Source of the DNA: Gammaproteobacteria bacterium
Lineage (GTDB): Bacteria > Pseudomonadota > Gammaproteobacteria > CAJXQU01
DNA: 64,000 nucleotides
Reading direction: 5' to 3'
Assembly (NCBI GenBank): GCA_965238175.1
Contig: CBDEGZ010000003.1
Span: 3,268,876-3,332,875 of the forward strand
Part shown: piece by piece, positions 52,911 through 63,264 of the stretch
How the letters are laid out: every line of letters starts with the position of its first letter
Position numbering within the stretch: the first letter of the stretch is position 1
Notes under the pieces: generated by a model
Databases searched by the model: none
The model's input: the letters and a program-made list of their open reading frames with translations, nothing else
What the model was told of the DNA's origin: nothing
Translations under genes and position numbers: made by a program

Positions 52911-53711
52911 ATGCATCCGATGTTAACCATCGCCGTTCGTGCTGCCCGTAAAGCAGGCGATTTTATAAACCGGAATTTAGATCAAGTTGTGGACCTTTCT
53001 GTGACCGAAAAAGGCCACAACGACTTCGTCACCGAAGTGGATAAAAAAGCAGAGTCGATCATTATTAATACCATTCGTGATTCCTTCCCCGATCACTGTT
53101 TTCTCGCCGAAGAAAGCGGAATCACTGGCAACAATTCCGACACTAGCAACGAATATCAATGGATTATTGATCCGCTTGATGGCACCACCAATTTCCTGCA
53201 CACCTTCCCACAATATGCAGTCTCAATCGCACTGAAACATAAAGGCATTCTCGATCAAGCGGTGATTTACGATCCAAATCGATCAGAATTATTCACAGCA
53301 ACAAAAGGACGTGGAGCATTCCTCGACAATCGTCGCATCAGAGTGGGTAAGCGAATTGGTCTGAAAGGTTCATTAATCGGTACTGGATTCCCTGTCAGAG
53401 ATCACGCACAACTTGATGAATATCTGAAAACCTTCAAAGCCATTTTCAAAGACACTGCTGGAATTAGAAGAGCCGGTGCAGCATCACTCGACTTAGCCTA
53501 TGTTGCGTGTGGTCGCCTAGATGGATTCTGGGAGATGCAATTACAACCCTGGGATATGGCTGCCGGGATATTATTAATTCAAGAAGCTGGCGGACTGGTT
53601 GGTGATATGCAGGGTGGAAATGATCAAATGAAATCCGGCAGTATTGTTGCTGGAAACCCGAAGGTGTTTAAAGAGATTATTCAGCAGTTGAATAAAACTT
53701 CAGCACTGTAA
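52911..53711 (+). CDS. suhB: Inositol monophosphatase / Nus factor SuhB
   Basis: MHPMLTIAVRAARKAG, WIIDPLDGTTNF, RRAGAASLDL, WDMAAG. Confidence 0.97.
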   Translation: MHPMLTIAVRAARKAGDFINRNLDQVVDLSVTEKGHNDFVTEVDKKAESIIINTIRDSFPDHCFLAEESGITGNNSDTSNEYQWIIDPLDGTTNFLHTFPQYAVSIALKHKGILDQAVIYDPNRSELFTATKGRGAFLDNRRIRVGKRIGLKGSLIGTGFPVRDHAQLDEYLKTFKAIFKDTAGIRRAGAASLDLAYVACGRLDGFWEMQLQPWDMAAGILLIQEAGGLVGDMQGGNDQMKSGSIVAGNPKVFKEIIQQLNKTSAL

Positions 53712-53728
53712 CAACATATTAATTCCCA

Positions 53729-53814
53729 ACGATAACTTGAAGGCACGTACTTTGCTGCCAGAGTTCCTTTTGACCCAGCTTTTGTCGAACTTGCTGAATC
53801 ACATTAATTCTATC
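53729..53814 (-). pseudogene. Decayed fragment of a second pilin C-terminus (D-region)
   Basis: Minus strand reads DRI-[frameshift]-CDSASSTKAGSKGTLAAKYVPSSYR, parallel to Pil[23 protein letters not shown]. Confidence 0.6.
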
Positions 53815-53869
53815 AGTGTGAGAAGCCACATGATTTGTGACAAGAATATATAAGCTCTATTGTGCTATT

Positions 53870-53896
53870 AAAAAAGGCCTCTCATATAGAGAGGCC
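53870..53896 (-). terminator. Intrinsic terminator after pilA
   Basis: GGCCTCTC-TATAT-GAGAGGCC-TTTTTT on the minus strand. Confidence 0.8.
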
Positions 53897-53931
53897 CTTC
53901 CATCAATCTATATTTCTTCTTTCTAACTAAC

Positions 53932-54363
53932 TTATCGGCAATTACTAGGCTTATATTTATCAGCTAAAGTACCGCCTGTACAAGTCCATTCTATTCGATC
54001 TGAAGGGATTACACCTGCTTGCAAAGCTGTGTCTCCGGTACCATACTGAGGGTGTAAAATCATTGTTCCATTACCCGCTCTAGCGGTGTAAAATATAGAA
54101 ATATTTCCATTAGCCGCTACTTCAAGTCTTGTTACATTGTCTGTTGTGCTAGGAGGATTAAACCCTGTATTCAAAGCAACACCTGATGAAGCATTTTCAG
54201 TAACTAATATCTTGGTTGCAGAAGCTAATGACAAACCTTCAGTAACACGTGCACGCACGGTGTAATCCTGATAAGCAGGAATCGCCACTGCGGCTAAAAT
54301 ACCGATGATAGCAACTACGATCATCAGTTCGATAAGAGTAAATCCTTGTTGTGCTTTTTGCAT
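53932..54363 (-). CDS. pilA: Type IVa major pilin
   Basis: MQKAQQG|[27 protein letters not shown] prepilin motif; C-terminal disulfide loop WTC...NCR. Confidence 0.97.
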   Translation of the reverse strand: MQKAQQGFTLIELMIVVAIIGILAAVAIPAYQDYTVRARVTEGLSLASATKILVTENASSGVALNTGFNPPSTTDNVTRLEVAANGNISIFYTARAGNGTMILHPQYGTGDTALQAGVIPSDRIEWTCTGGTLADKYKPSNCR

Positions 54364-54541
54364 AATAAATATCTCCTTATGTTTATTTATCTTCTGGTGA
54401 CGCCAACATTTCTGATTGCGTCTCCAATCTAATTGGAATAATCAGTAGTACTTCCAGTTATTTCGTATCTTTTAGCTTGATCGCTAAAAACAACCTTGTT
54501 TACTGCTGATCATGAACCCACTACTGAGTTGTGAGAATAAT

Positions 54542-54557
54542 TGCAGGTTGTATGCCA
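54542..54557 (-). promoter_or_regulatory. Sigma-54 promoter of pilA
   Basis: Minus strand TGGCAT-ACAAC-CTGCA (GG-N10-GC); pilR adjacent. Confidence 0.82.
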
Positions 54558-54697
54558 GTTTGCTTAATGCGAGAGGATTTTTATTAAAATATTAACTATC
54601 TAACTGATTTTAATGAATATATTTAGACTTTATTGTAAGCTCGGCAATATTATTTTGATCTGTATGATGGGTTTCTAACAGTGAGGCTTCTTTTTTA

Positions 54698-54724
54698 CGT
54701 CAGAATGTGACGATAATTGTCACA
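54698..54724. promoter_or_regulatory. Putative PilR upstream activator sequence
   Basis: Overlapping inverted repeats CGTCA-N5-TGACG and TGTGAC-N7-GTCACA about 150 bp upstream of the sigma-54 promoter, with an AT-rich spacer between. Confidence 0.6.
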
Positions 54725-54744
54725 CCTGATGCCGAAATCCAAAC

Positions 54745-56058
54745 TCAATCTTCAAGGTCCAGTTTTTCAAGACGATAGCGTAAAGCACGAAAACTGATCC
54801 CTAACACTTTTGCAGCAGCTGTTTTATTCCACCGTGTTTGCTCTAATGCCGCAATAATGCGTTTTCGTTCAATAGAATCAAGGTAGGGTTCTAGTAGCAT
54901 TTCTTCTTTGGGAAGAATGTTTTCCACAGTCTGTCCTTCGGGCAATCTCAGATCATCTAATCCAATAACCTCACCCTCGCAAAGCGTCATTGCTCGTTCA
55001 AGAATGTTCTCTAACTCGCGAACGTTGCCTGGAAAACTATATTCATGAAGTGCTTTCTCTGCGACAGAAGAAAGCGAGAATTTCACGATCTGATCAGAAA
55101 GGTCATCCAATATGTGATCCACTAACAATAAAACGTCCTCGCCACGATTTCTCAAAGGTGGCACATTTAACTCGATCACATTGATTCGATAAAACAGATC
55201 TTGTCTAAAATCACCTGCGGCAACCATCTCCGCAAGATCTTTATGGGTGGCACATAGAATCCGAACATCGACAGTTTCTTCTTTATGCCCACCAACAGGT
55301 CGAATCGCTTTTTCCTGAATAGCGCGCAGTAATTTCACCTGCATGGCTAAAGGCAACTCAGCCACTTCATCAAGAAACAAGGTTCCACCATTAGCCACTT
55401 GAAATAGCCCTTGTTTATCGGTACTAGCACCGGTGAAACTACCCTTGATATGACCAAAGAATTCGCTTTCCATCAATTCAGCCGGAATTGCACCACAGTT
55501 AACCGGCACAAATGATTTATCCGCTCTGGAACCTTGCTCGTGGATCATTTTTGCAACGAGTTCTTTACCGGTGCCCGATTCACCACTGATATAAATAGGT
55601 GCCTGGCTGCGAGCAAGCTTTTTGATCGTACTACGCAATTTTATGATTTGATCAGATTCACCAATAATTGATGGATCTTTTAGTGATCGTTTTGCGGCAA
55701 GTTTTAATGCATTAGAAACCAAATTACGTAAATTTTCTAAATCTACCGGTTTAGTGACAAAATCAAATGCACCCGTCTTTAAGGCTTGAATTGCGGTTTC
55801 CATGCTTCCGTGAGCAGTGATCACAGCAACTGGAAGTTCTGGGTAAAACGCTTGTATATGCTCAACCAACTGTAAGCCGTCACCATCAGGCAAACGCATA
55901 TCGGTTAAGCAGAGATCAAAATCTTCCTGCTCGAGTAAGGCATGCGCTTCTTTGAGATCCGCTGCTGCCCGGCTAGGAATATCCATACGTTGCAAAGTAA
56001 TCGTCAGTAATTCTCGAATGTCAGGTTCGTCATCGACGATCAGTGTGTTTGAAACCAT
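54745..56058 (-). CDS. pilR: Sigma-54 response regulator PilR
   Basis: LIVDDEPDIRELL.ITL.RM, LCLTDMRLPDGDG, LARSQAP.YISGESGTGKE, GSFTGA, SFRALRYRL. Confidence 0.95.
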   Translation of the reverse strand: MVSNTLIVDDEPDIRELLTITLQRMDIPSRAAADLKEAHALLEQEDFDLCLTDMRLPDGDGLQLVEHIQAFYPELPVAVITAHGSMETAIQALKTGAFDFVTKPVDLENLRNLVSNALKLAAKRSLKDPSIIGESDQIIKLRSTIKKLARSQAPIYISGESGTGKELVAKMIHEQGSRADKSFVPVNCGAIPAELMESEFFGHIKGSFTGASTDKQGLFQVANGGTLFLDEVAELPLAMQVKLLRAIQEKAIRPVGGHKEETVDVRILCATHKDLAEMVAAGDFRQDLFYRINVIELNVPPLRNRGEDVLLLVDHILDDLSDQIVKFSLSSVAEKALHEYSFPGNVRELENILERAMTLCEGEVIGLDDLRLPEGQTVENILPKEEMLLEPYLDSIERKRIIAALEQTRWNKTAAAKVLGISFRALRYRLEKLDLED

Positions 56059-56061
56059 CTT

Positions 56062-57666
56062 TTATTCAATATGAATCTGTTTGTCTGGATGCGCGAAGGT
56101 AATTCTGAAACAACAGCCTTCGCTGGTGTTTTTTTCTAACGCCAACAATGCCTGGTTGGCTTCACATAATTCACTAGCAATATAAAGGCCAAGACCTGTA
56201 CCGCCACTGCGATCTGTAAAAAAAGGTTCGAATATTTGATCGGCATGCTCAGAGTCAATGCCAGGCCCTTGATCTATGACATCCATCTTTGGCCGTTCCG
56301 AGGGATCTTTTACATAACAATGTAACTCGATTTTAGGATCTGAATTACTATAACGTAAGGCATTTTCAGCTAAATTTGCGACAACCTGATGTAGTTGATT
56401 TTGATCCATCATCACACGCATATCACTCGGCTCTACGTGATATGAAATCTCCGTTTCTGATAGATCATGCTGCAATATAAAATCTGCAATAAACTTTTCC
56501 AACCATGCTTTGATCAGAAAGCTTTCCGGCATCGAATCATCACGACGACCGAGTCTAAGGGTGTCCTCAATGATCTGGTTCACGCGTAAGGAATGATTTT
56601 CGATAATCTCTAACAAGCGTTGATCGGAATCCTCCAATGCCGGTGATTCTGATAATAATTGACCGGCGTGGCTTATAGCACCCAGCGGATTGCGGATCTC
56701 ATGGGCGATACTGGCGGTCAATTGACCTAGTGATGCAAGTTTTAATTGCTGGGCTTTTTGCCTCAACGTTGCAGCATCTTCTAAAAATGCCAGAATATCA
56801 GAATCCTGATCTTCTCCAAGATAAGTGAAGGATACCTGGATATCTGTTGATCGGGATGCGGGTCGTATTATCCGTGTTGCTTGTTCTCCTTCTATCCATT
56901 CCCTCATGCACGTCTGTAGTTCTAGCGAAATCGATTGTAACGACTCCCCTTCAATATTTCCTTCTGTTTCCAATATGCTCTGCGCAGAAAGGTTTGCTAA
57001 TTGAATAATTCCTTCTTTGCTCAATACTATTAACCCTGAACGCATCCGTTGGACAATACGTTCATTCATACGTGAAAGATTAACCAGATCTTCACCACGT
57101 TGGGCGGCAAGTGTTTCACTTTCCCGGATGCGTACGGCTAGAAAATGTGCCAAGGTAGCCGTCGCGAATAAAACAGCTCCGAGTAATCCAGCCTGAGTAA
57201 AATTTGTGTTGTAGGTTCTTTCACCAAACAAAATGCATAATTCAACAATTAATACGGTGAGTGTTCCCGTTGCTGCAAATAAATAGGCTATCCGTCCTAT
57301 CAATAACAAGCTGCCAGCAGCAACACTCATTGCCAACATCAAACCAATACCACTGCTGACACCACCACTGCTATACATCATCACGCCAAAGACACCAAAA
57401 TCAATAATAATCTGAGCAAAAACCTGGTAACTGAAAGTCGGTCGACGATAGTGTGCCAGCAGGAAAAAAATAATAGCGATGATGAAATGAGTGACTACAC
57501 TGAGAGTAAATAACTGAGGGCTATAAACTCCAAAAGGATCGGGTAGAAATTTAAAAATAATCAGCCCAAACAAGAATCCGGACAAAATAATTCGGTATAA
57601 ACTAAACAGTCTTAGTGCGCGCCACCCAGTCTCTGCTTGAGAAATTGGCGTAACAATATTTGTCAC
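56062..57666 (-). CDS. pilS: Sensor kinase PilS
   Basis: LRLFSLYR, SGGVSSG.G.ML, QQLKLASLGQLTASIAHEIRNPLGAISHA, GLGLYIASELCEANQA. Confidence 0.93.
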   Translation of the reverse strand: MTNIVTPISQAETGWRALRLFSLYRIILSGFLFGLIIFKFLPDPFGVYSPQLFTLSVVTHFIIAIIFFLLAHYRRPTFSYQVFAQIIIDFGVFGVMMYSSGGVSSGIGLMLAMSVAAGSLLLIGRIAYLFAATGTLTVLIVELCILFGERTYNTNFTQAGLLGAVLFATATLAHFLAVRIRESETLAAQRGEDLVNLSRMNERIVQRMRSGLIVLSKEGIIQLANLSAQSILETEGNIEGESLQSISLELQTCMREWIEGEQATRIIRPASRSTDIQVSFTYLGEDQDSDILAFLEDAATLRQKAQQLKLASLGQLTASIAHEIRNPLGAISHAGQLLSESPALEDSDQRLLEIIENHSLRVNQIIEDTLRLGRRDDSMPESFLIKAWLEKFIADFILQHDLSETEISYHVEPSDMRVMMDQNQLHQVVANLAENALRYSNSDPKIELHCYVKDPSERPKMDVIDQGPGIDSEHADQIFEPFFTDRSGGTGLGLYIASELCEANQALLALEKNTSEGCCFRITFAHPDKQIHIE

Positions 57667-57911
57667 TGATCAAATTCCTCTTTGTGTTTTTGACAACAGA
57701 AGTTCTTTTTACCGTTACTCACCAATTCATCAACAGGAATGTAAATTCCACAATGATCGCATTGCACGGTTTTTTTAGAAGAGACGCTATCTTTTGATCG
57801 AGATGCATTTTTGGCATTTTGTTGTGCACGGTTTTGCTGGAATTTTCTTATCAGCTTGTAGACAAAACCAATCACTAAACCCAAAATAATCACACGGACT
57901 AATCCTGGCAC
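57663..57911 (-). CDS. PP0621-family small membrane protein with CxxC...C..H zinc motif
   Basis: TM helix then VQCDHCGIYIP...FCCQKH; typical neighbour of pilS. Confidence 0.8.
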   Translation of the reverse strand: MPGLVRVIILGLVIGFVYKLIRKFQQNRAQQNAKNASRSKDSVSSKKTVQCDHCGIYIPVDELVSNGKKNFCCQKHKEEFDQ

Positions 57912-58017
57912 TGCATTTCCCCCATAAGTAAGATAAAATTTGAGATAATTAATCTAACAGGTTCCATCAGCTAGACATAGCAAATTCCATGCAAACTATT
58001 TACAGGATTATTCGATC

Positions 58018-59187
58018 ATGAACCTGCACGAATATCAGGCAAAACAACTCTTCAGCGATTATGGGATCCCAGTACCTGAAGGCATCCCCACTCGCTCTGT
58101 TACAGAGGCTGTACAAGCTGCTAAGGCTCTAGGCGGCACTGGTTGGGTGATCAAAGCGCAAATTCATGCTGGTGGTCGTGGTAAAGGGGGCGGCGTAAAA
58201 CTGGCAGATAATTTAAATGAGGTTGAAAATTACACCCGCGAGATGCTAAGCAAAAATCTGATCACAAAACAAACTGGCCCCAAAGGACAACCCGTTCATT
58301 GTGTATTAGTGCAAAGCATGACTGATATTAAAGATGAGCTCTATTTAAGTATGTTAGTTGATCGCGTCTCCAAACGATTGGCTATCATGGTTTCATCTGA
58401 GGGCGGTGTAAATATCGAAGAAGTTGCAGAACAAACTCCAGAAAAGATATTAACCGTGACTATCGACCCAATTATGGGATTGCAAGCCTATCAGAGCCAT
58501 CAACTTGGTCATGCGCTAGGTTTAAGCAAAGATCAACGTTCGCAATTATATAAAATTTTAGAATCACTCTATAAACTGTTTATGGAAAAAGATCTCAGTC
58601 TTATTGAGATCAACCCATTAATCATCAATAACAGTGATCAACTTCTTGCCCTTGATGCAAAAGTAACTATTGACGAAAATGCCTTATTTCGCCAACCCGC
58701 ACTTGCTGAATGGCGCGATCCGGAACAAGAAGATCCCATCGAAAGCGAAGCCAAACGATTCAACCTAAGTTTCGTTAGTTTAGATGGAAATATCGGGTGC
58801 ATGGTCAATGGTGCTGGGCTGGCAATGGCAACAATGGACATCATAAAGTTGCATGGAGGTTCACCGGCTAATTTCCTTGATGTGGGAGGTGGAACGACTG
58901 CGGAGAAGGTAGCTGAAGCCTTTAAATTGATCCTGTCCGAAAAAAAGATAAAAGCAATTCTGGTTAATATTTTTGGAGGAATTGTTCGTTGCGATCTGAT
59001 CGCGGATGGCGTCATCAAAGCCGTGCAAGATGTGGGGATCAATATCCCGGTTATTGTCCGACTGGAAGGTACCAATGTTGAGCAAGGCAAAACGCTACTA
59101 CAAGAGAGTGGACTCGATATAATCTCTGCAGATGACTTTGATGATGCGGCAAAAAAGGTCGTCGTAGCTGCAAAGGGAGTACTCTAA
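58018..59187 (+). CDS. sucC: Succinyl-CoA synthetase beta subunit
   Basis: [48 protein letters not shown]. Confidence 0.98.
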   Translation: MNLHEYQAKQLFSDYGIPVPEGIPTRSVTEAVQAAKALGGTGWVIKAQIHAGGRGKGGGVKLADNLNEVENYTREMLSKNLITKQTGPKGQPVHCVLVQSMTDIKDELYLSMLVDRVSKRLAIMVSSEGGVNIEEVAEQTPEKILTVTIDPIMGLQAYQSHQLGHALGLSKDQRSQLYKILESLYKLFMEKDLSLIEINPLIINNSDQLLALDAKVTIDENALFRQPALAEWRDPEQEDPIESEAKRFNLSFVSLDGNIGCMVNGAGLAMATMDIIKLHGGSPANFLDVGGGTTAEKVAEAFKLILSEKKIKAILVNIFGGIVRCDLIADGVIKAVQDVGINIPVIVRLEGTNVEQGKTLLQESGLDIISADDFDDAAKKVVVAAKGVL

Positions 59188-60056
59188 TGTCCATTTTGAT
59201 CGATGAAAATACAAAAGTGATCTGCCAGGGTTTTACCGGACAACAAGGCACTTTCCATTCTAAACAAGCGCTGGATTACGGTACAAAAATTGTTGCTGGT
59301 GTCACACCAGGCCGGGGCGGTCAGATACATATTGATCTTCCCGTTTTTGATACCGTTGATAGATCGGTTAAAGAAACTGGCGCAGATGCCACAATGATCC
59401 TTGTCCCGCCCAGTTTTGCCGCTGAGGCGATCATTGAAGCCGCAGAAGCCGGAATTAAAGTAATTGTTTGCATTACAGAAGGCATACCTGTGCTTGATAT
59501 GATCAAGGTCAAAACCAGCTTGATGCAATACCCCGACACTGTTTTAATCGGCCCGAATTGCCCCGGCATTATTTCACCCGGAAAATGCAAAATTGGGATA
59601 ATGCCAGCAAGTATTCACACTCCCGGGAAAATAGGCATCGTGTCTCGATCCGGCACATTAACGTATGAAGCCGTACATCAAACCAGCTTAATGGGTTTGG
59701 GACAAAGTACCTGTATAGGCATTGGTGGCGATCCAATTAAGGGTATGGATTTTGTAGAGTGTCTGACGCTTTTTCAAAACGATCCGGACACCGATGGCAT
59801 TATTATGGTCGGTGAAATTGGTGGGAACTCAGAAGAGGAAGCAGCTAAATTTATCGCCGAAAATATCAGCAAACCGATCGTAACCTATATCGCGGGAGTC
59901 ACCGCCCCTCCGGGCAAACGCATGGGTCATGCAGGTGCAATAATCTCGGGTGGCAAAGGGACAGCGAAAGACAAATTTGCAGCGCTGGAGTCAGCAGGTG
60001 TTGTCACCACACACTCTCCTGCTGAACTTGGTAAAACCCTGGCAGGATTAATGTGA
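59187..60056 (+). CDS. sucD: Succinyl-CoA synthetase alpha subunit
   Basis: [35 protein letters not shown]. Confidence 0.98.
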   Translation: MSILIDENTKVICQGFTGQQGTFHSKQALDYGTKIVAGVTPGRGGQIHIDLPVFDTVDRSVKETGADATMILVPPSFAAEAIIEAAEAGIKVIVCITEGIPVLDMIKVKTSLMQYPDTVLIGPNCPGIISPGKCKIGIMPASIHTPGKIGIVSRSGTLTYEAVHQTSLMGLGQSTCIGIGGDPIKGMDFVECLTLFQNDPDTDGIIMVGEIGGNSEEEAAKFIAENISKPIVTYIAGVTAPPGKRMGHAGAIISGGKGTAKDKFAALESAGVVTTHSPAELGKTLAGLM

Positions 60057-61666
60057 TAAGAATAGCTTTAGCGCAACTGAACCTCCATGTAGGAAACATT
60101 CCAGCAAATACAGACAAAATAATTTCCGCCGCGATCACGGCGCGTGACGAATTAAAAGCAGATGTGATTGTATATCCGGAACTCACGATCACCGGCTATC
60201 CGCCGGAAGATTTATTGTTACGACCACATCTTTATCAACTGATTGAAGAATCGCTGACAAGCATTGGTAAGAAAGTTAAAGATATCGATCTGATCCTCGG
60301 CTATCCCCGACAAGTAGATAAAAAATTATTCAATAGCTGCTCATTGATCCGCGATGGAAAAATCATCGCCACCTATGATAAACAGCATTTACCTAATTAT
60401 AGCGTCTTCGATGAAAAACGTTATTTTACACCCGGTAAAAAAGCCCTTGTCGCCGACATAAAAGGAATGCCTGTTGCCCTTAGCATTTGCGAAGACATTT
60501 GGACCAAAGGAACAGGTAAACAAGCGAGAGAAGCTGGTGCAAACTTGATCATCAACCTTAACGCATCACCTTACAATAAGGATAAGTTTGGCGAGCGTAT
60601 TGCTGCCCTAGAAGCAAATATTCTTGAAGGACAAGTACCTGTGATCTACGTTAATCTGGTCGGTGGACAAGATCAGCTCGTCTTTGATGGCGGCTCATTG
60701 GTTCTAAATAACAAAGCTGAACAGCGCTTCCGCGCTCCCAATTTTGAAGAAGATATTTATGTTGTTGAAGTTTCTGATAAAGGCAAAATTTCACACACTC
60801 ATCCGGGACCGGATGAAGTAGAAATCGAAGAAAGTATCTATCAAGCATTGGTTCTTGGCGTAAAAGACTATGTAACAAAAAATGGTTTCAAAGGTGCGGT
60901 GCTTGGACTTTCCGGTGGAATTGATTCTGCGCTAACTGCAGCAATCGCTGTTGATGCATTAGGCAAAGAAAATGTCGAAGGCGTTTTGATGCCCTCTCGC
61001 TACACATCTGATATGAGTAATGAAGATGCAGTCATAGAAGCGGAAGCTCTCGGTATCGAATATCACGTCATTCCGATAAAAAAAACATTTGATGCATTTA
61101 CTGAAAGCCTTGCAGACGTTTTTGCGGACACTGAGCCTGATACCACAGAAGAGAATATACAAGCACGCTGTCGTGGTGTTTTATTAATGGCGATTTCCAA
61201 TAAAACAGGAAAACTATTACTCACCACAGGTAATAAAAGTGAATTGGCCGTTGGTTATGCAACGCTTTATGGTGATATGAATGGAGGCTTTGCACCAATA
61301 AAAGATATCTCAAAACTACTCGTATATAAACTTTCCACATGGCGGAATACTATCTCTCAGGTTATTCCACAACGTGTCATTAGCCGACCACCCTCGGCAG
61401 AACTAGCACCTGATCAAAAAGATTCTGACAGTTTGCCGCCTTACGAAATTCTTGATCCAATTCTTGAAGCCTACATAGAGCATGATCAATCACCGGCAAA
61501 AATTATTGCGCAAGGTTTTGATCGTGCAATTGTTGAGAGAATCGTGACACTCGTCGATCGGAACGAATACAAACGCCGGCAAGCGGCGCCTGGTGTTCGG
61601 GTCACAAAACGAGCTTTTGGACGTGATAGACGCTATCCAATTACATCAGGTTATAAAGGGTTTTGA
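60053..61666 (+). CDS. nadE: Glutamine-dependent NAD+ synthetase
   Basis: Nitrilase domain ([26 protein letters not shown]) plus [33 protein letters not shown]. Confidence 0.97.
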   Translation: MIRIALAQLNLHVGNIPANTDKIISAAITARDELKADVIVYPELTITGYPPEDLLLRPHLYQLIEESLTSIGKKVKDIDLILGYPRQVDKKLFNSCSLIRDGKIIATYDKQHLPNYSVFDEKRYFTPGKKALVADIKGMPVALSICEDIWTKGTGKQAREAGANLIINLNASPYNKDKFGERIAALEANILEGQVPVIYVNLVGGQDQLVFDGGSLVLNNKAEQRFRAPNFEEDIYVVEVSDKGKISHTHPGPDEVEIEESIYQALVLGVKDYVTKNGFKGAVLGLSGGIDSALTAAIAVDALGKENVEGVLMPSRYTSDMSNEDAVIEAEALGIEYHVIPIKKTFDAFTESLADVFADTEPDTTEENIQARCRGVLLMAISNKTGKLLLTTGNKSELAVGYATLYGDMNGGFAPIKDISKLLVYKLSTWRNTISQVIPQRVISRPPSAELAPDQKDSDSLPPYEILDPILEAYIEHDQSPAKIIAQGFDRAIVERIVTLVDRNEYKRRQAAPGVRVTKRAFGRDRRYPITSGYKGF

Positions 61667-61801
61667 TTTTAGAGAATTCTGAGCTAATTCGATCGATGCT
61701 CTAAAGGTAATTAACCTGATGTGATGGTCTCCTCCCCCTAACGGCATCTAGGTGCCATGATTGAACTGACATACACACAATCAAAAGAGGAGAAGACCAA
61801 A

Positions 61802-62815
61802 ATGAAGACTACAACAATCGGGTTAGACATAGCAAAAAACGTATTTCATGCTGTCTGCTGTAATCAACAAGGGCGTATAATCAAAAAGAAAATGTTAAAG
61901 CGAGCGCAGGTACTCTCCTTTTTTCAATCTCAACCTCCTTGTTTAGTCGCAATAGAATCTTGTGCAACGTCACAGTATTGGGCCCGAGCGATACAACAAC
62001 AGGGACATCAGGTGAAATTACTACCACCTCAGCATGTTAACGCATTTCTAATCGGCAATAAGAATGATTATAACGATGCCTTGGCCATCGCCGTTGCTGC
62101 GAAACAACCTCATTTAAAAAGTGTGGGCATTAAATCAGTTGAGCAACAAGACAACCAGGCACAACATAAAGCAAGAGACTTAGCGGTCAGACAAAGAACC
62201 GCATTATGTAACCAAATGAGAGCGCTTGTTGCAGAATATGGCATTAGCCTTCGTCCCGGCCTAAATACCCTACGTCAATCTATCCCGTTGCTATTAAGTG
62301 ATGAGAACGAACGGTTGTCCGTTACTTTCAAAAGGATACTGCGCCAGCTAAAGGAACAATGGCAATCACTTGATGCCTGTATTGCGACATTTGACCAATT
62401 GATCATTCAATCGGCAAAAAACAATGCGATTTGCCAACGCTTACAAACTATTCCAGGGTTTGGGCCGATGGTCTCGAGCGCGTATTTTAATGAAGTGGGA
62501 AACGGCGCTCATTATCACAAAGGGCGCGATGTGTCCGCCTCATTAGGACTTGTTCCACGACAGTACAGTAGTGGTGGTAAAGAGGTGCTACTGGGGATCA
62601 GTAAACGCGGCAATAAATACCTTCGTTGTTTGTTAATTCTAGGCGCGAAGGCCGTGGTATCAAGAGCCAAAACGAAAGGCGATAAACTGAGTCAATGGAT
62701 TAATCGTTTAGTTGAGACGCGGGGGCATAATCGAGCGTGTGTGGCGTATGCCAACAAAATGGCAAGAATGGCCTGGGCTATAACGGTTTCTGGTGATGAC
62801 TACTCACCGGCCTAA
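61802..62815 (+). CDS. IS110-family DEDD recombinase/transposase
   Basis: IGLDIAK, AIES, KNDYNDA (DEDD); C-terminal LGLVPRQYSSGGK, ISKRGNKYLR, ANKMAR; ATG at 61802 after GAGGAG. Confidence 0.95.
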   Translation: MKTTTIGLDIAKNVFHAVCCNQQGRIIKKKMLKRAQVLSFFQSQPPCLVAIESCATSQYWARAIQQQGHQVKLLPPQHVNAFLIGNKNDYNDALAIAVAAKQPHLKSVGIKSVEQQDNQAQHKARDLAVRQRTALCNQMRALVAEYGISLRPGLNTLRQSIPLLLSDENERLSVTFKRILRQLKEQWQSLDACIATFDQLIIQSAKNNAICQRLQTIPGFGPMVSSAYFNEVGNGAHYHKGRDVSASLGLVPRQYSSGGKEVLLGISKRGNKYLRCLLILGAKAVVSRAKTKGDKLSQWINRLVETRGHNRACVAYANKMARMAWAITVSGDDYSPA

Positions 62816-63045
62816 ATAGAGAGAACAAATCATTTCAACGAATTGCGAAGGTAAAACTAAAGATGGCATAACAGGTCAAACCAGCCTATTGAAAACCTGT
62901 CGAGCTCAGGGGTAACTAATACCGATAACCTGATAAGGAAAATAGGCGCGTAATACATCCAGGTCAGAAGTTGAAAACTTCATTGAAGGCCGTATATATG
63001 ACAGCAATCCTGTCCCTGTTATCTGAATGTTTTATCTTGCAATAC
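62816..63045 (+). ncRNA. Putative bridge RNA/seekRNA of the IS1111 element (boundaries approximate)
   Basis: Stem GCCTATT/AATAGGC encloses CGAGCTCAGG and TAACCTGA (match the target); ACATC and ATATATGA (match the element's own end junction) follow. Confidence 0.75.
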
Positions 63046-63061
63046 GGGAGGAGACCATATA

Positions 63062-63262
63062 TGAACTCGGGATAAGAATGGCCATAAAAACATTAAAAGA
63101 CAATGAGTTAGATGAAATCGCTGTGACTGTTTTGTCCAGTGGACTTCTTTTAGTGGCTATTAAGGCGGAGTTGCGTAGCAATAGCAGGCTATTGGAAACA
63201 ACTCCAACGCACAGAGGCGCTAAAAGAAGTCGGCTGGATGGATATTTCTTATCCCGAGTTCA
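63062..63262. mobile_element. ~200-bp MITE with terminal inverted repeats and long internal hairpin
   Basis: TGAACTCGGGATAAGAA...TTCTTATCCCGAGTTCA; nested stems GACTTCTTTTAG/CTAAAAGAAGTC, GGAGTTG/CAACTCC, CAATAGC/GCTATTG. Confidence 0.8.
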
Positions 63263-63264
63263 TA

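Larger units (their letters stand above)
61717..63064 (+). mobile_element. IS110-family element, IS1111 subgroup
   Basis: 13-bp subterminal inverted repeats ATGGTCTCCTCCC (61724-61736) and GGGAGGAGACCAT (63046-63058); shared core TGA at both junctions (61717, 63062); long non-coding right end. Confidence 0.92.
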
